Shown here piece after piece: positions 1 through 10,463 of a DNA stretch of 52,550 nucleotides (position 1 is the stretch's first letter; each line of letters opens with the position of its first letter). The stretch lies in the NCBI GenBank assembly GCA_002104905.1, contig MCFE01000617.1, positions 1 to 52,550 of the forward strand, read 5' to 3'. Below the pieces are notes generated by a model. It saw only the letters and a program-made list of their open reading frames with translations, was not told the DNA's origin and searched no databases. Source of the stretch: Basidiobolus meristosporus CBS 931.73 (Eukaryota > Fungi > Basidiobolomycota). The position numbers and the translations under genes are program-made.

Positions 1-797
1 TGCCAGTTGAGCTACACTCCAGTGAGGTAGATGTGTTTGCAGAGAAAAGCAATTTGTCCACCACAGCCTCCATTATTGAATGGGTGGAGATCCCACTGAC
101 AGACAAGGTTGCAATGTCAAAAACTCAAAAGGTTAACACAATGCCTTCAGTGGAGTTTTGGAAGATTAATAGGCACACTAAGAGGTTGCAGTGCTACTTC
201 AAGAGCCATGCTCAAGAAAACAACTTGAATATTGAAAGGATTTATTCCAAAGACTGGCAGATGAGGAGCTAGACTTTGCAGTGCTGGCTGGAAACTGGGA
301 TGTATGGCACCAGTGAATGAATAGTGGCATAAAGCCATAGAGTTCCAACCAAAGTCATGGAAAGAGTGCATTAAAGCAAAAATACTTTTCAAGTGGTGGA
401 TTTTAATGGAGTTACTTGTTGAGTGTGGGGTTGGGCTTAATGTTAGTGTAGTGTATAGGGACTTGTATAGGTCAATGCAATTGGCAATCAAGGTACAGCT
501 GAAGTTTTGATGGAGATATATCAATTTGTATGCATGAAAAGAGAAAGGGTTGAGTCAGGTAGTAACAAGTGTGAAAAAGGGCAATAGCCAATCAATGCAC
601 ACAAATGTAGGTGGTGATGGAGTGTCCAGGATCAGAAAGTGAGAAAATTGGCAGAGAGCTAATAAAATGCCACTTTTGTATTATTGTGAAGAAAAATTTG
701 ACCAAGTTTTTTGTGATATCTAAAGTGCAATTAATTTTTGATGGTCTTTGCACAGTGTCCTGATGGGATCAATACCTCTCAGTCATGGGACTTAGAA
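1..797 (+). mobile_element. CACTA-family fragment: ORF2 C-terminus and right subterminal region, cut by a Copia LTR
   Basis: Colinear with 40590-41370 and, inverted, with 28520-29310. ORF 33-272 (INRHTKRLQCYFKS..KDWQMR) matches ORF 40628-40900. Confidence 0.7.
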
Positions 798-1146
798 TGT
801 TGTAAGAGTCTTAGAGATATTGGAAGTGACTGGGAGTACAAATATATTATATGGTTTTCAGTTGATGATTTATTGAATGTTGAAGTAATATCTGTACTTT
901 TACATGGTTATGAGAAAATAAACATAAGGAATAGATGTAGGATGGCTCTCAGAGCATGTGTGCAAAGTTTGGGGCTGCTTGGACAACATATCAAGTTTTC
1001 ATGTTCTGGGTACCTGATATTTTAGTGAATATATTCTAAGCAAATCCCAACAGGAAATTTGGTCAGTATTCACTAGGACCTGAAGGTAGTGATCCAAGTG
1101 ACTAAGTTAGGTGGATAGTTAGGTGGAATTACAATTTTTTGCAACA
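798..1146 (-). mobile_element. Copia LTR (family 1) with non-matching flanks
   Basis: TGTTGTAAG...TTGCAACA, same family as 14953-15299. Flanks TAGAA and ATTAG do not form a TSD. Confidence 0.9.
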
Positions 1147-1194
1147 ATTAGATCCATCCAACTTTTTGGCAGAGGGAAAATTTTCAGTAAAAAG
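1147..1194 (-). mobile_element. Short Copia gag 5' fragment
   Basis: Reverse complement matches the gag start (FPSAKKLDGSN vs FPSAEKLDGSN at 15358-15390). Confidence 0.75.
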
Positions 1195-1792
1195 ACTGGC
1201 AAATGAGGTGCTGGACCTGGTAGTGCTGGCTGAAGACCAGAACATATGCAAACCAGTGAATGAACAGTGGCATAAAACTGTATAGTTCATGCCAAAGTCA
1301 TGGAAAAAGGGCATTACAGTAGAAGTACTTGTTGATTGGTGGATTTTTATGGAGTTACTTGATGAGTGTGGGGTTGGGCTTAATGTTAGTGTTGGGTATA
1401 GGGACCTGTATAGGTCAATACAATTGGCAATTGAGGTACAGCTGAGGTTTCAATGGAAATAAATCAATTTGTATGCATGAAAAGTATGAGAATGGGTTGA
1501 GTCAGGAAGGAAGGAGTGTGAAAAAGAGGCAATAGCCAACCAATGTACACAAATGTAGGAAGTGATTGAGTGACCAGGATTAGACAGTGAGAAACTGGCA
1601 GAGGACTAATCAGATGCCACATATTTATTGTGGTGATGAAAAATTTTGACCACGTTTTTTTGTGAAATCTTGGGTGCAAATATTTTTGAACGGTCTTTGC
1701 TTAGTGTCCTGATAGGATCAATACCTCTTATTCACAGGACTTTAATTTTGTGACAGCCAATTGACAGGATCATAACAATAATTTTTCACAGG
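1195..1792 (+). mobile_element. Second CACTA right-end fragment with degenerate TIR
   Basis: Repeats 254-790. Ends AATAATTTTTCACAGG, matching AATAATTTTCATAGGG at 41403-41418. Confidence 0.65.
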
Positions 1793-2561
1793 TTACCCAA
1801 ATGGAGTCAAACCTTGACTTTGTCAAAATTAAACCAAATCAAGAGCACTTGGGGCCATCTGAAAGCCCAGAGTTCCCTTATCAGTTTATGATTGGCAGTC
1901 AGATGTATATCATGCTTGGAACACATCCAGATATTTCATATTCAGTGGGAGTTGTCAGCCAGAATAATTAGGACTATGGATGTGATCATATTGCAGCAGT
2001 TAAGCAAACTTTTAGATGCCTAAAAGGAACTGCTGATATCTGCTTTAGGTACTCCTATAAGAGCTCAGGGCAAGATCAGTTGGAATACCCTGATGATGAT
2101 TGGGGATAAAACTCACAAGACAGATGATCTACCACAGGATACACCTTTCCTAACTGTAAAGGAGCTATTTCATGTAACTCAAGAAAGCAACCAGCCTCAA
2201 CATTTTCCACCACAGAGTCTGAGTCTACAGCAGCCTGTGAAGCTACAAAAGAAGCAATGTGGTGTAAAAAGCTTGTTGAATACCTAGGCTTATGTCCAAA
2301 AATGTCTATTACTTTATTTCAAGGTAATCAAGGCTGTGTACAATTAGGTAGAAATCCAACTTTTCATGCTAGAACTAAGAATATGGATATAAAGCATTGC
2401 TTCATACATGAAGCTATAGAGAATAACTTAGTTAGCTTGGTTTACTGTCTCACAGATGAAAGTATAGCAGACATATTTACTGGATAATTAGCTAGAGAAA
2501 AATATAAATTTCTTGGGTCAGGATTAAGACCAATCAGTATGAACATGTAGCTGAGTGGGAG
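1793..2561 (+). pseudogene. Degenerate Copia RT C-terminus/RNase H with PPT
   Basis: ORF 2257-2487 (FQGNQGCVQLGRNPTFHARTK..DE.IADIFT). PPT AGCTGAGTGGGAG at 2549-2561. Confidence 0.9.
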
Positions 2562-2912
2562 TGTTGTAAAAGTTTGTAGTTCCATATAACTATTCATGCT
2601 AACTTGATCACATAGTTCTTATTCTGTGCTTAGCATTTTGTCCTTACCAAATATCTTGTTGGGATTTACATAGAATATTTTCACCAAATTATTAGATACC
2701 CAGATTATGATCTTTCTCAAAGTTGTCCAAAAGACCCCAGGCTTTGCACACATGTTATTAGGATTTTCCTCAACTGACTCTATATGTTTATTTGCTCTAC
2801 TTTATCAAAAGTATTAAAACTATACTTTTGATCAATAAGTTTACAAGTGAATAACATGTAAATCCTCTAGTTCTCCACATCCCTTCTAATACTCTTTAGA
2901 ATAATATCATCA
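2562..2912 (+). mobile_element. Copia 3' LTR, subfamily 2
   Basis: Starts TGTTGTAA right after the PPT. Similar to 21887-22236 and 29314-29662. 3' end is degenerate. Confidence 0.8.
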
Positions 2913-3037
2913 AAGTTAGTCATACATGAAGCTGTTATTACATAACTTATAACATTATTCACTTGTTTCATTCAGCTCCAAAAGAGTATTATTACTTTTA
3001 GCAGAACTTTGCAAGACCAATAATAGGGTGCTCTTGG

Positions 3038-3381
3038 TGTTGTAAGAGTCTTGGAGATATTGGAAGTGATTGGGAGGACAAGTATATTATGTGGCTTTTA
3101 CTTAAGGATTGAATATAAAAGTAGTATTCGTACTTTTACATGGTCTTGGCATTACAAATAGATAGAATAGGCTAAGGAAGGTCCCAAGAACTTGAGTGCA
3201 ATGTTTGGGGCCATTTAGACAACTTTGAGAATTTTCATGTTCTGGGTACCTGGTATTTTGGTGAAAATATTCCAAGTAAATGCTGACAAGGAATTTGGTC
3301 AGTATTCTCTAGGATTTGAAGGTAATGATCTAAGTGACCAAGTTAGGTGAATATTTAGGTGGAATTACAGATTTTACAACA
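3038..3381 (-). mobile_element. Solo Copia LTR (family 1)
   Basis: TGTTGTAA...TTACAACA with 5-bp TSD CTTGG (3033-3037 and 3382-3386). Confidence 0.95.
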
Positions 3382-3399
3382 CTTGGCAGGGTTTCAGGA

Positions 3400-4452
3400 T
3401 GCTGTGTTCAATGACCTAGGGCTTTTGCACAGGCATGAAATACCTTGGCAACTTCAAGTTAATCACTGATTCCAGCAAATAGTTAGTGTATTACAAACTA
3501 AATATTTGTAAGTGATTCTTATGTTAGCAGTTATTCAAGTGAAGTCTTACAGCATATGAGAGATATAAAGGTAAAATAATCTCTTGCAACAAAAACACCC
3601 AGCTCATGCTCATTGCTTGGAACTACTTCAAACACTTTGTCAAGGTGTCTGATAGTCAGGATATGAAGTAGGTGAGCTGTCAAAAGCCCTAAAAATTTTG
3701 CTCTCATGCACTTAGAACCTCCTAGAATTCTTGTATATATGGCTTGCTGTATCATGTAAAAGTATAAACATTATTCTTACACCTGATAGATGGCTGAGTG
3801 AGATATATGATCTATATATTATCTCAACTGCCTCCAAAATCTCCAAAGTTGTCAGGACATATTAGTTATTTACTGCTCCAAATCTTTGAAGTCTCAAGTG
3901 TCATTGAGGTTCCACTCAAGGTTGCTTGATTTCATATATACAAATTTTCATGACACCCAGAATATTGTGAGTTGCCCTTTTGTGGCTTACCAAGTCAACC
4001 TAGCTTGGTAAGGTTTTTGTAGATTTGTAATGCTATGGAAAACTGGTACATATGGAACATTTATGCTACTTCAGAGATATTCTCATCAATATGGTATAAT
4101 CCTGAAGCATTGGTGGGGCAGCAATATAAGCAAGTCCTAGGAAAAAAACTAAGAAAAGGCCAGCAAAACACCATCACAATATCAGCTGAATTCCAATTCT
4201 CTCAAAATTGACAACTCTCAATATCTCTGTTGTTAGCTAATGGGCAGACAAGCAAAATATTTTCCAGGAGGATACTAGGCCAACTAGCATCCATACCAAA
4301 TTTGGTACTTAGCTGCCCACTATATTCATCAAAAATTGCATTTGAAATTGGAGTCAAAAACACTAGCTGAATACCATCAAAATACCATTATAAAGCCAGC
4401 TGAAGACCTGCTGAAAATCTGATGAATTCCAAGTGTGAGATTTTTCATAGGG
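3400..4452. mobile_element. Probable CACTA-type terminal relic
   Basis: Ends TTTTTCATAGGG (4441-4452), the reverse complement of the family TIR CCCTATGAAAAA. CpG-depleted. Left boundary unknown. Confidence 0.4.
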
Positions 4453-4865
4453 AACACTATGCCTGTATTTCCTTAAAGATACCAACTGGGCACAAAAGTT
4501 TAGCATTTGAGTATTTCATCTTGAAATATTGGCTATAGTAGATAGTTTGCTGATGTGCAAGTACAATTGGCCTTCAGGAAACAGCATAAGCATTCAAATA
4601 GTGCCATATTTGCCCAGTGGTCAAGCATTGCTAACTAAATAGAGGTGTGAAATTGTCAACTTACAGTCATAATGAGAATATTCCCTACAGGAGCTGATAC
4701 ATCCAATCCACTGTTAATTAATTATCTGAATGTACTAACCCACAATAGATGATGGAATTTAGTCTAATTCCTCTAAAATTTATCTGAGACCAGTATTCTA
4801 ATGATGGATATTACTGATGACTGTAATTTGCAAAGATCCAATGGTCATATGTAAGTGCTTAAATA

Positions 4866-5228
4866 TGTTGTAAAGATTTGTAATTCCATCTGAATATTCA
4901 CCTAACTTAGTTGCTTAGATCATTACCTTCAAATTCTAGAGAATACTGATCAAATTCCTTGTCAGGATTTACTTGGAATATTTCATCAAATACCAGGTAC
5001 CCAGAGTATCAGGTACCCAGAATATGAAAATTAGATAAGTTGTCCAAGCAGCACCACACTTTACACACATGTTCTTGGGACCTTCCTAAGCCTATTCTAC
5101 ATGCTTGTTATGCCAAGACCATGTAAAAGTATAAATACTACTTTTACATTCAATAAATCATCAAGTGAAAACCACATATTCTACTTGTTCCCCCAATCAC
5201 TTCCAATATCTCCAAGACTCCTACAACA
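4866..5228 (+). mobile_element. Solo Copia LTR (family 1)
   Basis: TGTTGTAA...CTACAACA. Flanks AAATA and AAAAA (1 mismatch). Short internal duplication of GGTACCCAGA. Confidence 0.92.
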
Positions 5229-6266
5229 AAAAAGCCTCAATCCTTTTCACATTATAGCAAACTAAAGAGATCAACAAATGTATAGTATCCAGTATGTTTA
5301 ATGAATAGAGTGGCAAAACAATCGATCCACCAACACTGTGTATATCACTGCGTATAGGCTAGTATCCTTTAAACACTCAGTACCCGCGCCAACTGCTACG
5401 GAGGTAACTGTGAGGCATGGAAATAGTATCAACAGTTAGATTTCAGCTTTTAGATACGAGCTTAGATAGCACAAGGGGTGCTAAAGAATAGTTACTTTAT
5501 TGTTTGCAAGTAAAGTTCTATCGCTAATGAATAACGGGCTAAAACTGAAAGCGAACCTTAATATTACCTGATCCAACCTCTATCTCATTTCTTGTAAGTA
5601 CAGGCAGTAGATGCCCAAATGGAAATTCCTGGCTGCCAACAATAGCGTAAAGAAGGTCAGTGAAAGCCCAAATAAGAGTGCGAGTAGGAAAATATGCTCC
5701 CTGAATTGCTACAAACCATTAGTATATCAGGACAAAACATAGATAAACGGTCACCAAAACGTTGCAACATTATGAAAATTAATTTAGGCTATTCAAGATG
5801 TGTTAGATAAGGAAGTAAGCTGGATATAGAATTACGTTAACTTGACAAGAAAATAACATCTCCCGGATGATTCGGTTATACCCGAAAAGGTAAATACCAT
5901 CCAGGAGAGGGTGCATTTGTGCATTGAAATTGATCTGCTCTATGTTGGTAAAATTGGGAGCTGGGCCGGTATTAATAGGCGATCTGATTTGATCATCTAT
6001 TAATGGTCACCCTTTGATTTCCTTAAACATTGATCAGCTCACCACACTAGGATGTATTTTTAAGAATCCAAGCGAGATTGGACAAACCGCAGGTATGATA
6101 TGACCTTGAAAACCTGGAACCGAGTGAAATGAAGTCAGATATGACAATGGGATAAAAAATCCTCAAGTAACATTGGATTGTCAGGATAGATTCTGGCCTG
6201 ATCAGTATTCGAGGATCAATGGTTGCCGATTGATGTAATGCTTCACATAATCAAGCTGATTTCCTT

Positions 6267-6274
6267 TATAAGAG
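6267..6274 (+). promoter_or_regulatory. Candidate TATA-like element of the forkhead gene
   Basis: TATAAGAG about 125 bp upstream of the ATG, followed by a pyrimidine-rich tract. Confidence 0.35.
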
Positions 6275-6392
6275 CCCCATCTGCCCTGCTTCTCAACCAG
6301 CCAAGCAATCGTCTTATTTATAATTGATTCCTCCATCAATATCCTCCTTGAGCATAATACCTTTCATTTACTGGCTAGAAACTTTGTGAGTA

Positions 6393-7559
6393 ATGTCTGT
6401 CCACGGTTTACTTAATGTTACAGACGACGTTATTGCCCAGCTCAGTAACTCTTTATTTACTGGGTTTGACTCGGAGACTTCATCTGTTACCTCCTCTGGT
6501 CCTACTACGCCTATCCTTCAAAGCGAAGAGGCTTTCAACAGCTCTGATGAGTCTACCGAGTCGGAATCAAACGCACCCGATGTGATTGTACTGCCTAATG
6601 GGGAGCGTCTGGTCGAGCCTAGATACACCTATGCCTCTCTGATTGCGCAGTCCATCATGTCTACTCCTGACCAAAAGATGCTTCTGCAAGATATCTATGC
6701 ATTCATCACTGAAAATTACCGTTACTATCAGTTTGCCACCAAGCAGTGGCAGAATAGCATTCGACACAATCTGTCACTGCACAAAGCCTTCCAGAAAGTA
6801 CCTCGCCAAAAGGGTACACCTGGAAAAGGAAACTACTGGACAATCGTCCCCGAGTACCAAAAATTCTACCTCAACAATGAGCTATCTATCCCCAAAGGAT
6901 ATGAGATGAAAAAAACCAGTGACAGAAGCAGCGCTCGCTACAAGAAAAACAAGACTCGTGCCCGCGTTAGAGCCCAGCCATACATCAAGCCTGATGAGGG
7001 CTGCCAAGCTCCTCTCAACGGACTTCCTCCTAGAGTCAAATCGGTTTATCCCACTGAACCCTCAGTCAAGACTCGGTCCCTGCTACCGAACTTTGATTTG
7101 AACGCTCTTTCGGAGCAGATAACGAAATTTGCCGCTGGTCAGGTGACACCCACTCCTGCTAGACCATCTTCAATGACACCGATTTTACCAGCCTGTCCTG
7201 TTGCCACCAAATACATGAGTGCGCACAACTTCATGGTCGATTACACAGTCTACAGACTTGCCAAGGATTTCCTCAAACTTCCCGAGGATCCCACTCTTGA
7301 TGAACTTCACGCACTAAGCGAACTAGTCCAACAATCCATGAACGTTCTACCCAGCGAAGAGATAGATTTCGACATCACCTCAGACATTGAGATCCCAGCC
7401 GTCCTGAAAAATGATGTCATGTTGGGATTCGAGCCTCAAGATATTGAAGATCTTTCATCTCTTGATATGCCAATCCTTGACGATTCCCCAGCCGAGTTCT
7501 CTCTTGATATGGCCGAGTTCCTTAATCTCGAAGCGTGCTCAGAGCTGAATGAGTATTGA
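6393..7559 (+). CDS. Forkhead (winged-helix) transcription factor, Fkh1/Fkh2-like DNA-binding domain, no FHA, single exon, 388 aa
   Basis: Uninterrupted ORF. Forkhead domain at ~6618-6857 (PRYTYASLIAQSI..LLQDIYAFITENYRYY..WQNSIRHNLSLHKAFQKVPR..PGKGNYWTI). Ser/acidic N-terminus, basic patch after the domain, acidic-hydrophobic C-terminus. Confidence 0.95.
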   Translation: MSVHGLLNVTDDVIAQLSNSLFTGFDSETSSVTSSGPTTPILQSEEAFNSSDESTESESNAPDVIVLPNGERLVEPRYTYASLIAQSIMSTPDQKMLLQDIYAFITENYRYYQFATKQWQNSIRHNLSLHKAFQKVPRQKGTPGKGNYWTIVPEYQKFYLNNELSIPKGYEMKKTSDRSSARYKKNKTRARVRAQPYIKPDEGCQAPLNGLPPRVKSVYPTEPSVKTRSLLPNFDLNALSEQITKFAAGQVTPTPARPSSMTPILPACPVATKYMSAHNFMVDYTVYRLAKDFLKLPEDPTLDELHALSELVQQSMNVLPSEEIDFDITSDIEIPAVLKNDVMLGFEPQDIEDLSSLDMPILDDSPAEFSLDMAEFLNLEACSELNEY

Positions 7560-7792
7560 TCTAGTCCCCCTGTCCTGCCGCCCGCTGTATCATACTTTGA
7601 CTAGCTCTCTATCCTTCCTCCGTCTGGCGATTGATCTTTGCACTCTTGCTTACAAGACTGGTTTCATGCGAGTTCCAAGATTATTGTAAATAGCCTCTTC
7701 ACCATCCGTCCTGTAGTTATACAAACAATGCAAACATATTACTGAAGTGATTTAGTTTAAACAGCATAATATTATTTATACGTATACGTATC

Positions 7793-7798
7793 AATAAA
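7793..7798 (+). terminator. Candidate polyadenylation signal
   Basis: AATAAA about 235 bp after the stop codon in an AT-rich stretch. Confidence 0.35.
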
Positions 7799-8352
7799 TG
7801 ATATATTCTCGACAAAACTTGGAAAATAGCCATCATTACGGGAAGTGCCTCTACGCTACTTGATTGGTCGACTCAGTAGGGTGGGCTGGGGTATGTAACC
7901 AGAAACCTACGGCCGGGATTTCTGAGACTGAAAGTAATATCTCTCCAGATGTTTGAGCCCGTGCAGGACCCCCATGGGCATCGTACTTATTCAATACCCG
8001 GATCATGAACCTGCATGTGCTAGGGTGCTCATCACTTCAAACGATTGAGAAAAATTATGTGAAGCTGATATCGTTGACATCTCCTGCGTGACAAGCAACA
8101 TCAAGAGCGTTGAGTAGTTCAATCTAGTCGATGTTACTCTTGGCTATTACTGCCACACACGGTTACTAGTTTTTAATCTTACTTGGCATACCACTCAACT
8201 ACGTATTTCGTATGGTAAAGGAAATTGGCCTGCCATTCCATGATCACTATTGGCGGAATAAATGCAGCTCTATAAATTCCATGCTACCTTGTCCTTCCGA
8301 ATGATCAGGAATTGCCATATTTAAACTCCGAGAAAGCCAATCAAAATCCTGA

Positions 8353-9181
8353 TTTCGCGTGGATGATGGCATGGTTACTATTTATCGGAAATATAAACAA
8401 ATTAACTGGATTCGATTGCTGGAATTGATTTCCGGTTGATTTTGGTAGGGATGTAAGCATTGTTTTGTTGATGGTTCTAAGGTCACAAAGATCTGGCGTT
8501 ACTCGGTATAACGCGTAGGACACGCGAAATGAATCAGTTCCTTTGTTGTGTAAACAACACAATAATACATGATTGTTCGTACTCTGTTGTGGGCTAGGAA
8601 TCTTGTAAACAATAGAATAGTATTTAAATTTCCTGTCAGCATTCTTGTTGTCGAATTTGCAAATACTATTTTACACTATGGGTTTGATGTACCCAACCTG
8701 TCTACTTTTCTTTAATGTTCCAAACCCCCCCATGAAGCATATCTATATGCTTTCGATTTCCCCGTTCATATAACGTGCATTGTCCGTACTGACCATAGCC
8801 TTTGACCGGGCATTTGCAGCGGAGGATATTGACTCACCTCAGGTTGGAGACACCCTTGGGTAACTGCACCATCAACCCCGGTAAAGTAATGCCTAACGTA
8901 AACATAGCAGAGTACGACTATTGGCTTGCTCGAACCCCATCATAACATTGACTATGTTTACATATCGAAATTTCTTCCAATCATCGATTTACAAAGAGAT
9001 ATTGTAAACAATCATTTAGGAATCTCATTGTGCTTCTTTGTTGCACACTTCCACCCCATCATTGTAGCTCACTCCCCTTGTTAAAAGCCCTTGAACAATC
9101 ATTTCATCCGCACGATCCACCCAACAGGCAATCCCCCAATCACATCCAACTGTGGGCAGCTTCGCGGATATTTTTGTTTAT
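8353..9181. promoter_or_regulatory. Cluster of forkhead (RTAAACA) and MCB/SCB-like motifs
   Basis: GTAAACA at 8550, 8605, 8898, 9004 and reverse (TGTTTAC) at 8955. ATAAACA at 8393 and reverse at 9175. ACGCGT at 8511. ACGCGAAA at 8522 and reverse at 8353-8360. Confidence 0.5.
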
Positions 9182-10421
9182 AGTAAGAAAATTTTTGGCC
9201 AATCAGCTATCGGGCTGATCTTCTGGCTTGTGACGCATTTGTTTGTGGCGATTAAACTGCCAGGGTAAGGTGCTTCTTATCCTGGGGCCATGGTAGTCGA
9301 TGAAAAATAGCCCAGGCCTTAATCAGGATCCCTCGGAGCTTAATATTCAGGATCACACGCAAGGGGTGATCGATTGTTCCCGACCGGTAGCTTTGAGGTT
9401 ACCCTACCCCAGTGGTAATTTACGTGATTTATATGGGCCGTAGGAGCAACATGGTCCCGAGAAGCGATTCTGAGACACACTCCTTGTAAGTTTAAGTCAA
9501 GTGGCTGGCGTAGATCTGCCGTATGGAAACATTGTTGCAATGTACGCAGTTGATTGCACACGACAAATTGACATATTGGTGGCTAGAACCCAAATATGGC
9601 ACGGATCACAACCATGCACAGCTACTTTACAATTGAATAAGATGTTCCTGATATACAGGCATCTCTGTACCGGAAATACGTATACCTCTGATAATGATGA
9701 GCAACAGAGCTGGTTTCGATGAAGACCAGCTATAGTGGAATATTTCTATATGATCAGTCATACTGATTGAACATGATGTAGGATATGTCCAACACCTTTC
9801 GAAACAACGTTCCAACGGTGGCCTGCAGGGTGAGTATACACCGTGCAACAATATCTGGGAACCAACTGGTAAATCAACTACAGACAACGTAAGGTTATAG
9901 CTAGGATATACTTAATATCCTGAGAAATATTTCATTGAAATTAGTCCCAGCAGTGTTATACGGAGTAGAATACTTGGGTGCTCATATATCACTTTCTCAA
10001 GTCACATGTAATATACAGGCATTGTAATCGTATACAATACTTTTTTACATTGTCAGTGTGCACCCCAAGAGCATATGGGGGTATCATTGCTGTTGCCATA
10101 CAAACTGCGCTAATCCACAGGAGTATGAACTACCATAGGCTGAATAGTGAATAGGTATACGCTACTTGATGAAATGAGTCTCTCTGATTTGATATTTACA
10201 GAGTTAATGTCAGACCTGCCATAACAAAATTTTGAACCTTTGGTAACTGCCACTGGCAGTTGGAGGAATAAGCAATCTGTGTACTAAGTGCAACACTTTG
10301 AATTTCAAATATGCTAATCTATCAAATAATTAACACAGCTATATAAAAAGTACCTTCCTCAACCATTCATGTAAAGAGTGCATACTAGGTAGATATACAA
10401 GTTGGAAATCAAGGTTTATAA

Positions 10422-10463
10422 TGTTGTAAAAATTTGTAATTCCTCCTAAATATTCACCTAACT
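10422..10463 (+). mobile_element. 42-bp LTR 5' stub inverted relative to the adjacent LTR
   Basis: TGTTGTAAAAATTTGTAATTCCTCCTAAATATTCACCTAACT, an inverted repeat of 10681-10722. Confidence 0.8.

Noticed and set aside
250-560. Hydrophobic stretch (SYLLSVGLGLMLV) in the CACTA right end as an env-like membrane protein
   Set aside because: The frame is broken by several stops in all copies and lies in a DNA transposon end, not a retroelement.
5300-6392. Possible upstream FHA-coding exon (donor-like CAG/GTATGA at ~6093)
   Set aside because: The upstream frames I read show no FHA motif (GR, SRxH, NG) and have frequent stops.
6567-7101. Short ORFs overlapping the forkhead gene (6567-6767, 6643-6909, 6919-7101)
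   Set aside because: Shadow ORFs in alternative frames with no recognisable motifs.
7778-7791. 14-bp perfect palindrome ATACGTATACGTAT next to AATAAA
   Set aside because: Low-complexity and single occurrence. No basis for a function.
9190-9219. Sm-like site plus hairpin as U1/U2/U4/U5 snRNA or telomerase RNA
   Set aside because: No U1 5' end, U2 branch-pairing motif, U5 loop or telomeric template nearby. Kept only as a weak hint.
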